From contig OX597830.1 of the NCBI GenBank assembly GCA_951406725.2, positions 34,596,001 through 34,660,000 on the forward strand: a stretch of DNA of 64,000 nucleotides, given 5' to 3'. The DNA comes from Octopus vulgaris (Eukaryota). This document shows, piece by piece, positions 25,528-38,295 of the stretch. Made by a program: the position numbers and the translations under genes. Every line of letters starts with the position of its first letter. Position 1 is the first letter of the stretch. The notes under the pieces were generated by a model. The model searched no databases. It saw only the letters and a program-made list of their open reading frames with translations, and was not told where the DNA came from.

Positions 25528-26664
25528 CGAGGGGCGTTCAATAAGTAATGCCCCTGACCCACTTCCCATAGCAGTAGAGTAACGACACTTGGCACAGTTA
25601 TTAGTCTTTTCCTACATAGGAACTACCCAGAGTTATGCATTTCTCCCATCGTTTGATACAGCTCTGGAGACCGTTTTTGTAGAAGACTTCAGCTTGGTCC
25701 TCCAACCACGACGTGACTTCAGAAATCAAGGCTGCATCATCTGGGAAACGCTTTCCTTTCAAAATCAACTTCAGAGGGTGCAAGGGAGTAGTTCATAGCT
25801 GCACGCCTGTGCTTCTGATCTGGCGACACACGAGTTGTGGACCGGAGCGTTGTCCTACAGGAGGAGGATGCCTTTGCTGATCTTGCCCCGCCTCTTGATT
25901 TTGATAGCTTCTCTTAATTTCCTCAAAAGTGAAGCATAATAGGCTCCTGTAATTGTGGTACCCTTTGCCAGGAAATCTGTCATCACTACTCCGTCCTGGT
26001 CCCAGAAGACTGTGAGCATAACCTTGTCAGCGGAGGGCTGCACCCTTGCCTTCTTTGGAGGAGGTGAGTCACGGTTGTTTCACTGCATTGACTGGGCTTT
26101 GGTCTATGGATCATAGTGATAGACCCAGGTTTTATCCTGTGTGATCAGTCTTTTGAAAAATTTTGACTCATCTTCTTGGCACATCTCTAAATTCATCCTC
26201 GAGCACTCAACGCGTTCTTGCTTCTGGAAAGGTGTGAGCAACCTGGAAATCCATCTGGCAGACACCTTTTGCATATGCAAATGGTCATGAATGATAGTTT
26301 CCACAGACCCGGTACTAATCTTGACCTTATGGGGTATTTGGCGAATAGTTATGCGTTGACCTTCCAAAATGGCAGCCTCAACTTGACGGACAGACGTCTC
26401 ATCAACGGCAGAAGGGGGCGACCAGATCTAGGAGCTGTTTCCACAGAGTTCCGACTATGTTTGAATTCACAATGCTCAACAGGCTCAACAGGCTCCATTT
26501 CACACTTGACTCAGTTCAAACACCTGTAAATCAGAAACCACAATTAGTTCAGAGCTGTAATTCGCCACTTAATCTATAGAGGTATAAATAAGTGCACATG
26601 CAAAATTTCAGCTAAATCAAACAACTGCAAGTTGGTCAGAGGCATTACTTATTGAACGCCACTC

Positions 26665-26665
<1 letters not shown>
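25528..26665 (-). mobile_element. Mariner transposon, irritans/Hsmar2-like, internally deleted
   Basis: TIR CGAGGGGCGTTCAATAAGTAATGCCCCTGACCCACTT versus reverse complement CGAGTGGCGTTCAATAAGTAATGCCTCTGACCAACTT; TA on both sides inside (TA)n. Confidence 0.95.
25601..26498 (-). pseudogene. Mariner transposase pseudogene
   Basis: KVSARWISRLLTPFQK, LITQDKTWVYHYDP, SADKVMLTVFWDQDGVV, LKGKRFPDDAALISEV...FYKNGLQSCIKRWEKCITLGSSYVGKD*; stops present, N-terminus shortened, YSPDL motif missing. Confidence 0.93.
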
Positions 26666-26723
<58 letters not shown>

Positions 26724-26753
26724 TGTATGCATGCATGCATATGTGTGTGTATG

Positions 26754-26822
<69 letters not shown>

Positions 26823-27867
26823 CACACACACATATAATGTATGTATTTGTGTGTCTATGTTTGTCCCGCCATCATTTTCCTTTTATGGCAAAATGTGCAC
26901 CTAATTCAATAAAAGTATGAAGGTTAGTCTGATTACTATGCATAAAATACAAGATATTTTATTTTTTGTAGATTAGGTAGCCATAATTCGCCTCTCCTTT
27001 TCAATCTCAATATTTAAGCTACGCATAATACTGCTGTAGTACACATGCTGCGTACATTCCTACAACACCATTTTCTTTACGTGCTATAAAGGCAGAAGTA
27101 AATCTGAACGTGCTCTAACAAGAAGCAACTTCAATGCTGTATTCCATACAGTACAACACACTATCAGTTAGGAAAGCATGAGTAAATAACATTTGTATCG
27201 TATAGAGAAATTCTCCAAAAAGATTATTAAATATGAAAGCAATAACGAAAACATTTGTCGCACATTACAATGCTAAAATATACACACTGATGACTTGAAA
27301 ATCTAAAGGTAAAATCTCAAATTCGGATGTTAATGTCTACTTCAATCGTGTTGGCCATACCTAAGAAATAGCAACGCACGCTAACATCGTTTTACGAGAA
27401 GATGAGACCGTGATGGTGAGAAACCTTGATGATGAAACTAGAAAGTTTACACTTCGAAACAAAGAGATTCATATAAAAATACACAAATACAAAGAAAAAG
27501 AAAACCTTGATTTAAAAGAAGATAAAGTTAGGACATAACCAAATACGCTTGAACAATGAAATCGTGAAGACAAAACGGAAATTAGTTTCGCAGACGATAA
27601 TAATAATAAAAAAACTTTCAGTAGACAGAAAAGAAAGATACAACAAATATCGATATTTGATTGGAATAAAAGAAAAAACAAAAAAGTGAGGGGTTAAGAG
27701 GAAATGTGTTTCATTATTCGTGATTAAAAATCTACCACTTCATGTTTTTTTCACTTTGAAAATCCTCATTATTACATACTTTCAATTAAGCAGTAGAGTT
27801 TATTTATAATTTGACATGAAAAAAATACATTAATATATGTATGTCTGTGTGGGTGTGTTTGTCTCTG

Positions 27868-27923
<56 letters not shown>

Positions 27924-28213
27924 CATACACACACACATATAGATGGATAGCTAGATAAAAATGATTGACAGTTGATTATACTGTTCTGTTTATAAAAAGG
28001 TTATCCTTTGCCTCTCAAAAGAAACCATATTAACATAAACCAATGGTATTTTGTTTAATATCATTTCATTTAAATCAAACAATCAATAATTATTTTTTCG
28101 TGCAAAGATGTTGAAGTAGGAGAAACATTAGAAATATGACGGATAAATGTATTTGCAATTTCTAATTATATCCTTTAAAATTCTCATATTAAATCCAGTA
28201 TATTATTATTATT

Positions 28214-28754
28214 AAGTTGGCGAGCTGACATAATCTTTAGTAAGCTGGGTGAAATGCTTAGCGGTATTTCGTCTGCCGCTACGTTCTGAGTTCAAATTCC
28301 GCCGAGGTAGACCTTGCCTTTCATCACTTCGGGATCGATTAGATAAGTACCAGTTACGTACTGGGGTCGATATTATCGATTTAATCCGTTTGTCTGTCCT
28401 TGTTTGTCCCCTCTGTGTTTAGCCCCTTGTGGGTAGTAAAGAAATAGGTATTTCGTCTGTCTTTACATTCTGAGTTCAAATTCCACTGAGGTCAATTTTG
28501 CTTTTCATCCTTTCGGGATTGATAAATTAAGCATCAGTTGCGTATTAGGGTCGATCTAATCGACTGGCCCCCTCCCCCCCAAATTTCGGGCCTTGTGCCT
28601 CGAGCAGAAAAGTTCACGTTCTGAATTCAAATTCCGCTGAGGTCGATTTTACCTATCATTCTTTTGGGGTCGATAGAATAAGTGGTGGTTGGCACAGGGG
28701 TCAACGTAATCAATTCTTTCCTAGAATTGCACGCCTTGTGGTAAAATTTGAAAT
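28214..28754 (+). mobile_element. SINE family A multimer (head plus three core units)
   Basis: GTTCTGAGTTCAAATTCC...GGTCGA...CATC..TTCGGG.TCGAT unit repeated at ~28285, 28468 and 28618; preceded by (ATT)n. Confidence 0.9.
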
Positions 28755-29427
28755 CATTATTACCGATGATTTGACTCAGGTTCATTCTTATTTCTGATAG
28801 ATTTTATGAGGATAGTACATTACTACCTGTAACCTTAGGTATCCACAATCTTTCAATAGTCTTTCAAGTGCTTAAACCCTGTTGATAATTTTTCTTATCC
28901 CTAAGAGGCAAGCTTTTTTTTTATTTTTTGCAGAAACCCTACACAACAGTCTATTCTATTCTTCAACAATTTGTCTATATTTTTACATACAGTTTCCAAT
29001 TCACGCATTATTAGAGGAACAAGGTGAACTGAGATACTCATAGCACCTTTGTAAAGATTCTGAGACTAGTGGAAGGAGTAGATAACGAAACCAGAAACTT
29101 GATCTGATTGCTTGCAACAGAATGGGTTCTACTAAAAGCATCAAAGTGTCAACTGTTGCGATGTTAAACCGGCTGACGGTTTAGATCGGATGATCCAGCA
29201 GCAAGTACAATCCATTCTTTCTAACCCCTAGTCAGTCCAGGTTGCCGCGCATTGGAATAGAACCTGGAATCATGTGATTGCGAAGGGAATTTCGTAACCA
29301 TACGACCAGATGCAAGGTCAGTTTCTAAAGTCAGGGGGAGCGAGCACAGGAAAAATGCGCCATGACACATACCAAAACTCCTTTCTCTTGTAATACGCAA
29401 AATCCTTAATTATTTATACGTAATTTA

Positions 29428-29599
29428 GGCATAGGAGTGGATGTGTGGTACGTAGCTTGCTTACGAACAACATGGTTCCGGGTTCAGTCCCACTGCCTGG
29501 CACCTTGGGCAAATGTCTTTTACTATAGCCTCGGATCGACCAAAGGCCTCGTGAGTGGATTTAGAAGACGGAAACTGAAAGAAGCCCGTCGTATATATG

Positions 29600-29655
<56 letters not shown>

Positions 29656-29666
29656 CATATATATAT

Positions 29667-29707
<41 letters not shown>

Positions 29708-29918
29708 AGTGGGTATATATGTTTGTGTGTCTGTGTTTGTCCCCCCCCCCAACATCGCTTGGCAACCGATGCTTGTGTGTTTACGTCCCCGTAACTTAGC
29801 GGTTCGGCAAAAAAGACCGATAGAATAGGTACTAGGCTTACAATGAATAAGTCCTGGGGTCGACTAAAGGCGGTGCTCCAGCATGGCCACAGTCAAATGA
29901 CTAAAACAAGTAAAAGAG
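29428..29918 (+). mobile_element. SINE family B, full length, with expanded internal (TA)n
   Basis: Same head, body and tail as 20618-21020. Confidence 0.92.
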
Positions 29919-30061
29919 TAGGTAACAGCGAAATCTCCATTAAATCAACCACATGATCTTTATATAAGGAAGGACACACGGGATAATTTAATCTTAAAGA
30001 TGTAATAGACATATCTGGAATACTTTTGTTCATTCTTTTATTCAATTAAGAATAAACCTGA

Positions 30062-30640
30062 GCCCGCCGATGTCGACTTTGTTTTTCATCTTTTCGGGGT
30101 CGATAAATTAAGTACCAGTGCGTATTGGGGTAGATCTAATCGACTGGCCCCTTCCCCAAAATTTTCGGGCCTTGTGCCTAGAGTAGAAAAGAATATTGGA
30201 TGGTGTTAAGGCGATGAGCTGGCAAAAACTTTAGCACCCCGGGCGAAATACTTAGCGGTATTTCGTCTGTCTTTACGTTCTGAGTTCAAATTCCGCTGCG
30301 GTCGACTTTGCCTTTCATCCGTTCGGGGTCGATAAATTAAGTACCAGTTACGCACTGGGGTCGATGTAATCGACTTAATCCCTTACACTCTGTCCTTGTT
30401 TGCCCTCTCTATGTTTAACCCCTTGTGGGCAGTAAAGAAATAAGGATCGTTAGCACCCCAGGTGAAATGCGTAGCCGTATTTCGTCTGCCGTTACGTTCT
30501 GAGTTCAAATTCCGCCGAGGTCGACTTTGCCTTTCATTCATTCGGGGTCGATAAATTAACTATCAGTTGCGTACTGGGGTCGATATAATTGACTGGCCTC
30601 CTCTCCACAAAAATTTAGGGCCTTGTGCCTAGAGCAGAAA
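30062..30640 (+). mobile_element. SINE family A cluster (partial unit plus dimer at 30210-30640)
   Basis: Three core units, with both tail types present. Confidence 0.9.
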
Positions 30641-31432
30641 CGAATAAACCTAATTCTGAGCAAGATACACCAACTTCGTCTGTATTTCATTCTTGATATT
30701 TCTTCACGCACTAAAATTATAGTGTTTGTGAGAAAATTTGTATTTATAATACTACAGTAGCATCTATTAAAGAGAAAAATGTGGAGTCCTACAGACTGCT
30801 GAAGGAGCGTTTATCCAGTTGCTTGCTCTGTTGCTCAGAATTCCCGAAAAGAATTTCCGAAAAGATAATGGCAAGTTAGACCCATCCTGATTGTATGTTT
30901 CGAGGGAGTCCCTCGGTGAATACAGGCAAGCATAATGTATCCTTCAATTAACTTGTATTTCTTTTGCGAGTTGTATCTAAGTTTTTAGTTGCAACTCTTC
31001 ACACTGTGAATTCATATTCCACTGGGGTCGACTTCACACTTCATTTCTCTAAAATTGATAAAACAAATATCGGTGAAATACTGGGATCGATGTACATATT
31101 CGCTCACCATGAATTTGAGACATTCTGCTTATGATAAAAATCGATGTCAAACGTATAATTACTGCGTGATAATCAGAACCCGGATCGATAAGCGTATAAA
31201 ACACTGGCGCATTATACAGAGGTACTATTGGTTATAGAAATAGGATTAGATTCGCCTCCTTAACGTAACTATATTTAGCTTAGTGAATTAGACCATACAG
31301 AGATATGAATCTTGTCTACAGATAGAATACTATTTGCGTGATAGGAAATGTTTACGCTTTGTCAGTTAACTTACACACACGCATAAACACGCATATATTT
31401 TGTGCGCACAGATAAATTAATATGCATACACG

Positions 31433-31491
<59 letters not shown>

Positions 31492-31494
31492 GGG

Positions 31495-31696
31495 GGAGAG
31501 AATTCACAAAAAAACCCCCAAAAACAAAAGAAAAAGACAGGTGGTGTAGAAAACAAACAGATGTATAAGTTTAACGCTCGAGAATTGAAAAAGTCTTTAA
31601 CGTTTCGAGCCTACGCTCTTCCACAGAAAGGAACACAGAAAGAAACAAGGAGAGAAAAAACATGTGTGTAGTGGCTAGCGATCTATCATGACGAAT
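31495..31696 (-). mobile_element. GAGC/GCTC hammerhead-like element, copy 3
   Basis: Minus strand CUUU-CUGUGGA-AGAGC-GUAG-GCUC-GAAA-CG-UU-AAAG (31595-31630); element lies between (TA)n tracts and is closely similar to 41393-41568. Confidence 0.75.
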
Positions 31697-31706
31697 ATAT
31701 ACATAC

Positions 31707-31785
<79 letters not shown>

Positions 31786-31819
31786 TATATGTGCAATGTG
31801 TGTGCGTGTGTGTAGACGT

Positions 31820-31932
31820 ACGTATGGCTGATTGTTTAACCAGTTCCTTTCACAACCATGAGGTCTCGAGTTTAAACCCCACTGCCTGGTACTTGAGCAA
31901 GTGGCTTTGCCATAATCTCGTTCGACCAAAGC
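31820..31932 (+). mobile_element. Degenerate SINE family B head
   Basis: tggctgattgtttaac...caaccatgaggtctcgagtttaaaccccactgcctggtacttgagcaagt...cgaccaaagc. Confidence 0.6.
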
Positions 31933-31949
31933 ATCCAAATAAATTTTAG

Positions 31950-32310
31950 CTGTGTTGAAGGTCTATCGATTCAATACATTTTGGAGCGACCGAAACAGGT
32001 GAAATTCTGAAGGTGCAAGATTGGGCGAATACGGGGGTTGCAGCAAAACTTCCTGGTTAAGCTTCAGTTGCTTCTACCACGACTGCAAAGAAGCATGCAG
32101 TCTGGCATTGTCGCGCTTAAAGGACATAGCTCCTACGATTAGCAAATTCTGAACTCCTCTGTCGGATCACTGTGGTTAATTCGTCCAGCTGGTCAGCCTA
32201 CATATCCGAAATGGTGGTCCTGACTGTGGAAAGAAGCTTGTAAAAGACAATGCCCTTCTAATCCGACCAAGTTGAAAAGACAATTCTCTTCAGTTGAAGT
32301 CTTGCTTTCA
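31950..32310 (-). pseudogene. Mariner transposase catalytic-domain fragment (mellifera-like)
   Basis: Minus strand KRIVFSTWSD*KGIVFYKLL...DQLDELTTVIRQRSSEFANRR.../DNARLH...EVLLQPPYSPNLAPSEFHLFRSLQNVLN. Confidence 0.85.
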
Positions 32311-32520
32311 AAACAAAAAAAGAATTAAAAAAACGCAAGAAAGAAAATGGATAATTTTCTTCATGTTTCTGCAACGAATTTCAGCTGGAACTCTGTTGTC
32401 CAGCTTGGGACTCAAAGATCGAGCCTGCTGACGAAACTACGCTGATGCAGATGATTTTTCAACACTAGATTGGAATGTTTTGAGAATATCTGTGATCATT
32501 CTAGTCATATAATTAGGGTT

Positions 32521-32910
32521 GGGAAATGGAAGCACTCCGTCGGTTACGACGACGAGGGTTCCGGTTGACCCAATCAACAGAACAGCCTGCTCGTGAAATT
32601 AACGTGTAAGTGGCTGAGCACTCCACAGACACGTGTACCCTTAACGTAGTTCTCGGGGATATTCAGCGTGACACAGAGAGTGACAAGGCCGGCCCTTTGA
32701 AATACAGGTACAACAGAAACAGGAAGTAAGGGTGAGAGAAAGTTGTGGTGAAAGAGTACAGCAGGGATCACCACCATCCCCTGCCGGAGCCTCGTGGAGC
32801 TTTAGGTGTTTTCGCTCAATAAACACTCACAACGCCCGGTCTGGGAATCGAAACCGCGATTCTATGACCGCGAGTCCGCTGCCCTAACCAATGGGCCATT
32901 GCGCCCCCAC
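32521..32910 (-). mobile_element. SINE family C, tail type 2, with probable 11-bp TSD
   Basis: Head GGCGCAATGGCCCATTGGTTAGGGCAGCGGACTCGCGGTC...GGTTTCGATTCC; flanks TAATTAGGGTT (32510-32520) and TAATTGGGGTT (32911-32921). Confidence 0.92.
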
Positions 32911-33339
32911 TAATTGGGGTTAGTGTCGCTGTAAATATGAGTTGCTCGCCCAGAGCGTGGTACATCTTGAACTGAAAGTTATTCCGAACGAAATCTTGAA
33001 AACCACTTTTGGCATTTATGCCCCGTAAGTGCCCCCTCACCATTTACACATAGCACTCGTCTTCCAGTGGAATTCTGATGCTTCTTTGCCTGTTTTTAAA
33101 AAAATAAAGAAGCATGAAGTTTTTATAATGTTAATTTTGGTTCTCTATATGCAGGGGTATATGAACTGTACATAATACAACCTGTCTCAGCGCACGTTCA
33201 CGTCGAACTACATTGAAATATCAAGTATTTAACGAGTGCGCATGTGCAAGAGGCAGACTGAAGTTAGGTACTTGAAGTTTAGTTTTGATATAAACCGAAA
33301 GGATTTTTTGCCCAGCCTTAATATAAAGACGTTATCAAT

Positions 33340-33605
33340 TATAAAAGAAAATAACGTTGGCTTGAACTTGGAAATACCTTATTTCATGTTACATATGTTT
33401 CTGTAGTCAGTAATACAGGATATCACACTATAAATGCAATCCGTTGATGCACCTCATAAGAGCAGTATGCATAGTGAAACACATCTTCAGACATATAAAC
33501 GAGAAATATCATATATATAGTGTGATATCATACCTTACTGAAAACTGAAACATACGTAACACCAATTTCAAAACACCATGTTGGCCATATTCTTTTCTCT
33601 CATTA
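33340..33605 (-). mobile_element. Fold-back Penelope-like element carrying a hammerhead
   Basis: Inverted arms 33387-33432 (tgttacatatgtttc...gatatcacactata) and 33516-33561 (tatagtgtgatatc...gaaacatacgtaaca); outer limits approximate. Confidence 0.7.
33386..33494 (-). ncRNA. Type I hammerhead ribozyme, core intact, ~75-nt helix II insert
   Basis: AUGU-CUGAAGA-UGUG-[insert]-UACA-GAAA-CAUAUG-UA-ACAU: helix I 4 bp, helix II base 4 bp, palindromic ACAUAUGU helix III, GUA triplet. Confidence 0.72.
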
Positions 33606-33750
33606 TATGTACGTGCGTATGAGTCTATACATATACATACGTGTATATATATATGAAATATATGTGCCCCCCACACACATATTTCATGAGTTTAAGTTAT
33701 TTGTTTATCGCTGTGGATGTTCAATGGGTTGAATGGATAAAATTAGAAAC

Positions 33751-33782
<32 letters not shown>

Positions 33783-34429
33783 TATAATAATAATAACAAC
33801 AACAACAACAACGTGAAAGAAAAGCATACGGAAAACAATAATACGTATAACTATTTGAAATAAATTTAAAACTCACACACACAAGTAACAAAACATGAAA
33901 ATAAAAAAAAAATGTTTTAAAAATATAAAACGGAAGCAGTGAATCAAAAATCCATCTCCGTTGGCTTCAATGATAATTCCAACTTAAGGCTAATTTTTTT
34001 CTTTTCTTTCCTTTTTTTTTTGTCTTCTTTTAAGATGTGAAACGATGGATTGGAGTGGGAAGAGAACAGAACAGAATCATCTTTAGCACAGTGTTTTCAC
34101 ACTGACTGAATAGGAACTGACTTTTGATTCCAATTAAATTCACATTTTCAAGTGTGTCTGTTTATTATACGTGGTGAGAAAATAATGTGTGTGTCTGTAT
34201 ATGTGTTTGAGTGTATGTGAAGGCGGCGGCGGCGGTGGTGGTGGTGGTAGGGAGATGAGTACGCACGTGTGTGTGTATGTGTGTGTGTGTATTGTGCTGT
34301 TATTGTTAGTGCCATCACGACTGCGATGGCAAGAAGTGATGTTTGATAGTCGATGCTAGATACGCACATATATTTGTTACTACGTATGCATATATAAGTA
34401 AGCGAATGCACGTTTATATGTTTTATCGG

Positions 34430-34833
34430 TTACTTGCTTCAGTGATTAGACTGCGGCCATGCTGGGGCACCGCCTTGAAAAATTTTAGTCGAACTAATCA
34501 AACCCGGTACTTATTTCCTTTTTAAAAGCCTGATATTTATTCTACTGGGTCTCTTTTGCCAAACCACTATGTTCCAAGGACGTAAAGACAGCAATACTAA
34601 TTGTCAAGCTGTGGTGGGAAAAAACACACACATATAAAAACATACTCACACACACACATACACATATATACAATGGGTTTCTTTCAGTTTCCGTCTACCA
34701 AATCCACTGCCAAGGCTTTTGTAAGCCCTAGTCTACAATACCAGACATATGCTTAAGGAGCAACGCAGTGAGAGTGAACTTGGAACCATGTGATTAGAGA
34801 GCAAACTTCTTAGCACAAAGCCATGCCAGCGCC
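34430..34833 (-). mobile_element. SINE family B (diverged)
   Basis: Reverse complement of the B head, body and tail. Confidence 0.85.
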
Positions 34834-34834
34834 T

Positions 34835-34897
<63 letters not shown>

Positions 34898-35059
34898 CAG
34901 TCAAATACAGTGTGAAGGACACTCAATACCGTTTAGTAAATTATCACATTATTTTATGGCAAGATAGACAGTGACTTCGCAGTTAGCGTTCAATAGTTTT
35001 CGTCAGACTGTTTGACAAAAACAATTACATAAAAAGACTGAAAGTCACTATCAACCTTT

Positions 35060-35123
<64 letters not shown>

Positions 35124-35129
35124 CAGACA

Positions 35130-35161
<32 letters not shown>

Positions 35162-35163
<2 letters not shown>

Positions 35164-35321
35164 CGCATGCGTGGTTATGCGGTAAGAAGATAGCTTTCCG
35201 ACTACATGCTTCCGGGTTCAGTCCCACTGCATGGCATTTATGCAAGTGTTTTCTACTATAGCCTCGGTCCGACCAAATCTTCATAAGTGGATTTGGTAGG
35301 CGGAAACTGAAAGTGGCTCGT

Positions 35322-35399
<78 letters not shown>

Positions 35400-35599
35400 T
35401 GTGTCTGTCCCTTCGCTAGCGCTTGACAACCGATGGTGGTGCATTTATGTCCCTGTAACCTAGTGGTTCAGCAAACAATACGGATAGAATATGTACTAGA
35501 CTTACAGAAAATAAGTCCTGGGGTCGATTTCTTCGACTATAAAACTTTTGCGCGGTGCTCTAGCATGGCCGCAGTCAAATGACTGAAAGAAGTAAAAGA
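35162..35599 (+). mobile_element. SINE family B, full length
   Basis: Head to tail with internal (TA)n(TG)n. Confidence 0.9.
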
Positions 35600-35751
35600 A
35601 TATAAATATATATAATAGGAGGATATGTTAATCTTGTGAAGGAATGGTTGCAGCCAAGGAAATACCTGTTCAATACCTAGTATTGTTGGGGAATGAAATT
35701 GCCTTAAAGCAATAGGTATATATTAAGCAGATAGTTTATATCCAGTTAAAT

Positions 35752-36109
35752 GAAGAAAAGGAAATTGAGATATTGAAGTTAACAGTTATTTATTATTAAC
35801 AAATTGTTCGTCTTCGCTTCTTACAGCCGTTTCAATTAAAACTCAATAATTTAATTACAAATTTGTACATTAAATTTGCATTTATGTGACAAGAGCATAA
35901 TTTCTGACAGGTCCACATATAACATCCCAAGGTACATGTTTTTCTTTTCTCTAATAAAATTCTGCTCATACCACATAATTGCAAATTTTAAACACACATT
36001 TGTAATTAAATTATTGAGTATTAATTGAAACGGCTGTTAAGAAGCGAAGATGACCAATTTGTTAATAATAAATAATTGTTAACTTTCTTATCTCCATTTT
36101 CTTTTCTTC
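35752..36109 (+). mobile_element. Long fold-back element (~135 bp arms) with degenerate hammerhead
   Basis: Arms 35752-35888 and 35972-36109; plus strand UUCU-CUAAUAA-AAUU..GCUCA...UGAGUAUUAAUU-GAAA-CGGCUG-UU-AAGAAG; the left arm reads GAAA-CGGCUG-UA-AGAAG. Confidence 0.78.
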
Positions 36110-36115
36110 TTCTTT

Positions 36116-36147
<32 letters not shown>

Positions 36148-37139
36148 AGCGTGTGTCTATACATGCGTACACATACCTATATGCATGTGAGTGAGGGAGG
36201 CGCTTAGTGGAAGTAAAGATAGTAAAGCCACCCCCCATGTTATTTAGTGTTAGTACTATGACGGTGGCAGTGGTGAGGGGTAGGGGTAGGGGAAGTAATG
36301 GTAAGTGTGACGAAGATACATTGCTATTGATGTTTCATTCCAGGCCAGCCTTCGTCAGGCAAGCCAATGAGGAAAAGCGTTCTAGCTATGATCATCCCGT
36401 CTGTTTATAACATCACTCTACGTATTTGAGGGAAATTTGACTGCTTTTTCTACCATTGTGGCTGATTATGTAGCCACTCCTTCCTTGGTCATTATAGTTC
36501 GATAATGTTTGGGATGATGGTGGTAGAGATATTATTAAACGCCATTATTATAGAATCATAGTCGTACTGTGACAAAGAAGCAGTATTGCGGAATAGTTAA
36601 GAAGTTCACTTTGCAACCACGAGATACCGGGTCCTCGAGAAAATGCCATTTTCTATAGCATCGCCAAACTTGTCAAAGTATCGGTCATTCTCTGATAGAT
36701 TTGTGGTTGAGCCCGTAGCAGTGAAGACTTCTGGCGTTATTTCACTCATCCCCACCCCGGACTATATTCCTGTTTACCACTATCGGGACAGAGATATCTA
36801 TCTGCAAGTGTGAACCTCCGTGAGTCGGAGTAGCTATTCAAGTGCGTCTTGCTTGCCATTCTCCGGGGCAACGCCTGTTTTTATTTTGTACGCCGTTACT
36901 GACAAGTCTTATGCCTCTTAAAGATAATCTCTTTAAACTCAAAACATTCTACCCCTGCAACTATCCGCTTCACTTAGCAAGATAGGCTTGCAGAAAAGCT
37001 CTTCTCAGAATTTTGAAGGAGTTTACGGTTCTGGTAGCCTCTGGTCGATTGATATTTTGTGAATGAAACCGCCGGATTGACGGAAACTGAATAGAAACTC
37101 ATCGCGAGGATTGTGTTTTTCTTTTTTTTTTAAGAGTGA

Positions 37140-37295
37140 ACTGCCTTGTCACATACTATGTCCCGCTGATTCTGCCAGATATTATGAGTACTGGTATCTG
37201 TGAGATACTCAACCACTTACGTGTTAATTCAGGAGCAGGTAATTCAGTTGAATGAACAACGGAATCCTGTTCGTCAATAGACGGAGAGCCATTAC
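37140..37295 (+). mobile_element. Degenerate SINE family C tail-2 fragment
   Basis: gccttgtcaca...tctgtgagatactcaaccacttacgtgttaattcaggagcagg...gacggag, similar to the reverse complement of 32535-32690. Confidence 0.6.
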
Positions 37296-37578
37296 TACTT
37301 GTGATAGAGAGCAATGGCAATGAAATAGCGGAAGGTTTCAAATTGACAGTTCCACGACAATGGGGAGAGCGGTTAGTATAAGACAGTATTGATGACGTTA
37401 GTGATTAGTTTGTCTTCGTTAATTTACTGTGGTAAGGCTGCTTCAATGTTCTTGTTGTGATTCTTGTTCAGTGACAGGTCAGCCCCGATCATGTACTCCT
37501 ATCTATGATCAAGGGTGTTCAAGACGCAAACGTCTTGTTTCTAGTTCAGATATTATGTATACGTATCTGAGCATTTGT

Positions 37579-37628
<50 letters not shown>

Positions 37629-37731
37629 CCCAATGGCTATCTTGTGTCTCGTATGCTCCAATCACTCTATATACATATATATATAGAGAGAGACAGACAG
37701 ACATACTGAGTCACAGATATATATATATATG

Positions 37732-37817
<86 letters not shown>

Positions 37818-38022
37818 AGAGAGAGAGAGAGAGAGAGAGATGACATCTTTGCGCGAAACTATATATAAAACAGTTTAACGTTGATTTCTGAACACTTTTT
37901 ACTAGACTACATATTTATTAGTATTTATTTGTAATGAAAACGGTTGACATTGATCTTGAGGTCTCTACTTATGAGCCGTCATCAAATTTTAATGAAGCTT
38001 ACCAGTCTTTCTCCTGTAAAAT

Positions 38023-38094
<72 letters not shown>

Positions 38095-38206
38095 GTATAT
38101 TCATGTTTATACTGACCAGCAGACAAACATGTGAATGTAAGCAAAACAAATTTGTAAAAGAACAAGGTGTTGGTGTTATTGTGATATCAGTAATCCTTGC
38201 TCTGGC

Positions 38207-38287
<81 letters not shown>

Positions 38288-38292
38288 CATTA
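38207..38292. repeat. (ATT)n microsatellite
   Basis: Near-pure run directly upstream of a family A SINE. Confidence 0.95.
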
Positions 38293-38295
38293 TAA

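Noticed and set aside
28214-30640. CRISPR-like repeated units
   Set aside because: Units exceed 100 bp, are dispersed SINE modules without unique spacers, and there are no cas genes; eukaryotic context.
34958-35056. Short inverted arms around a CTGACGA
   Set aside because: Helix I does not form and GAAA is broken on the relevant strand; may be a decayed family member but not supportable.
36322-36362. Minus-strand hammerhead-like match (UUGC-CUGACGA...GAAA...UA-GCAA)
   Set aside because: Helix III is neither paired nor palindromic, helix II has a 5-nt bulge, and it lies in an unrelated old repeat; probably chance.
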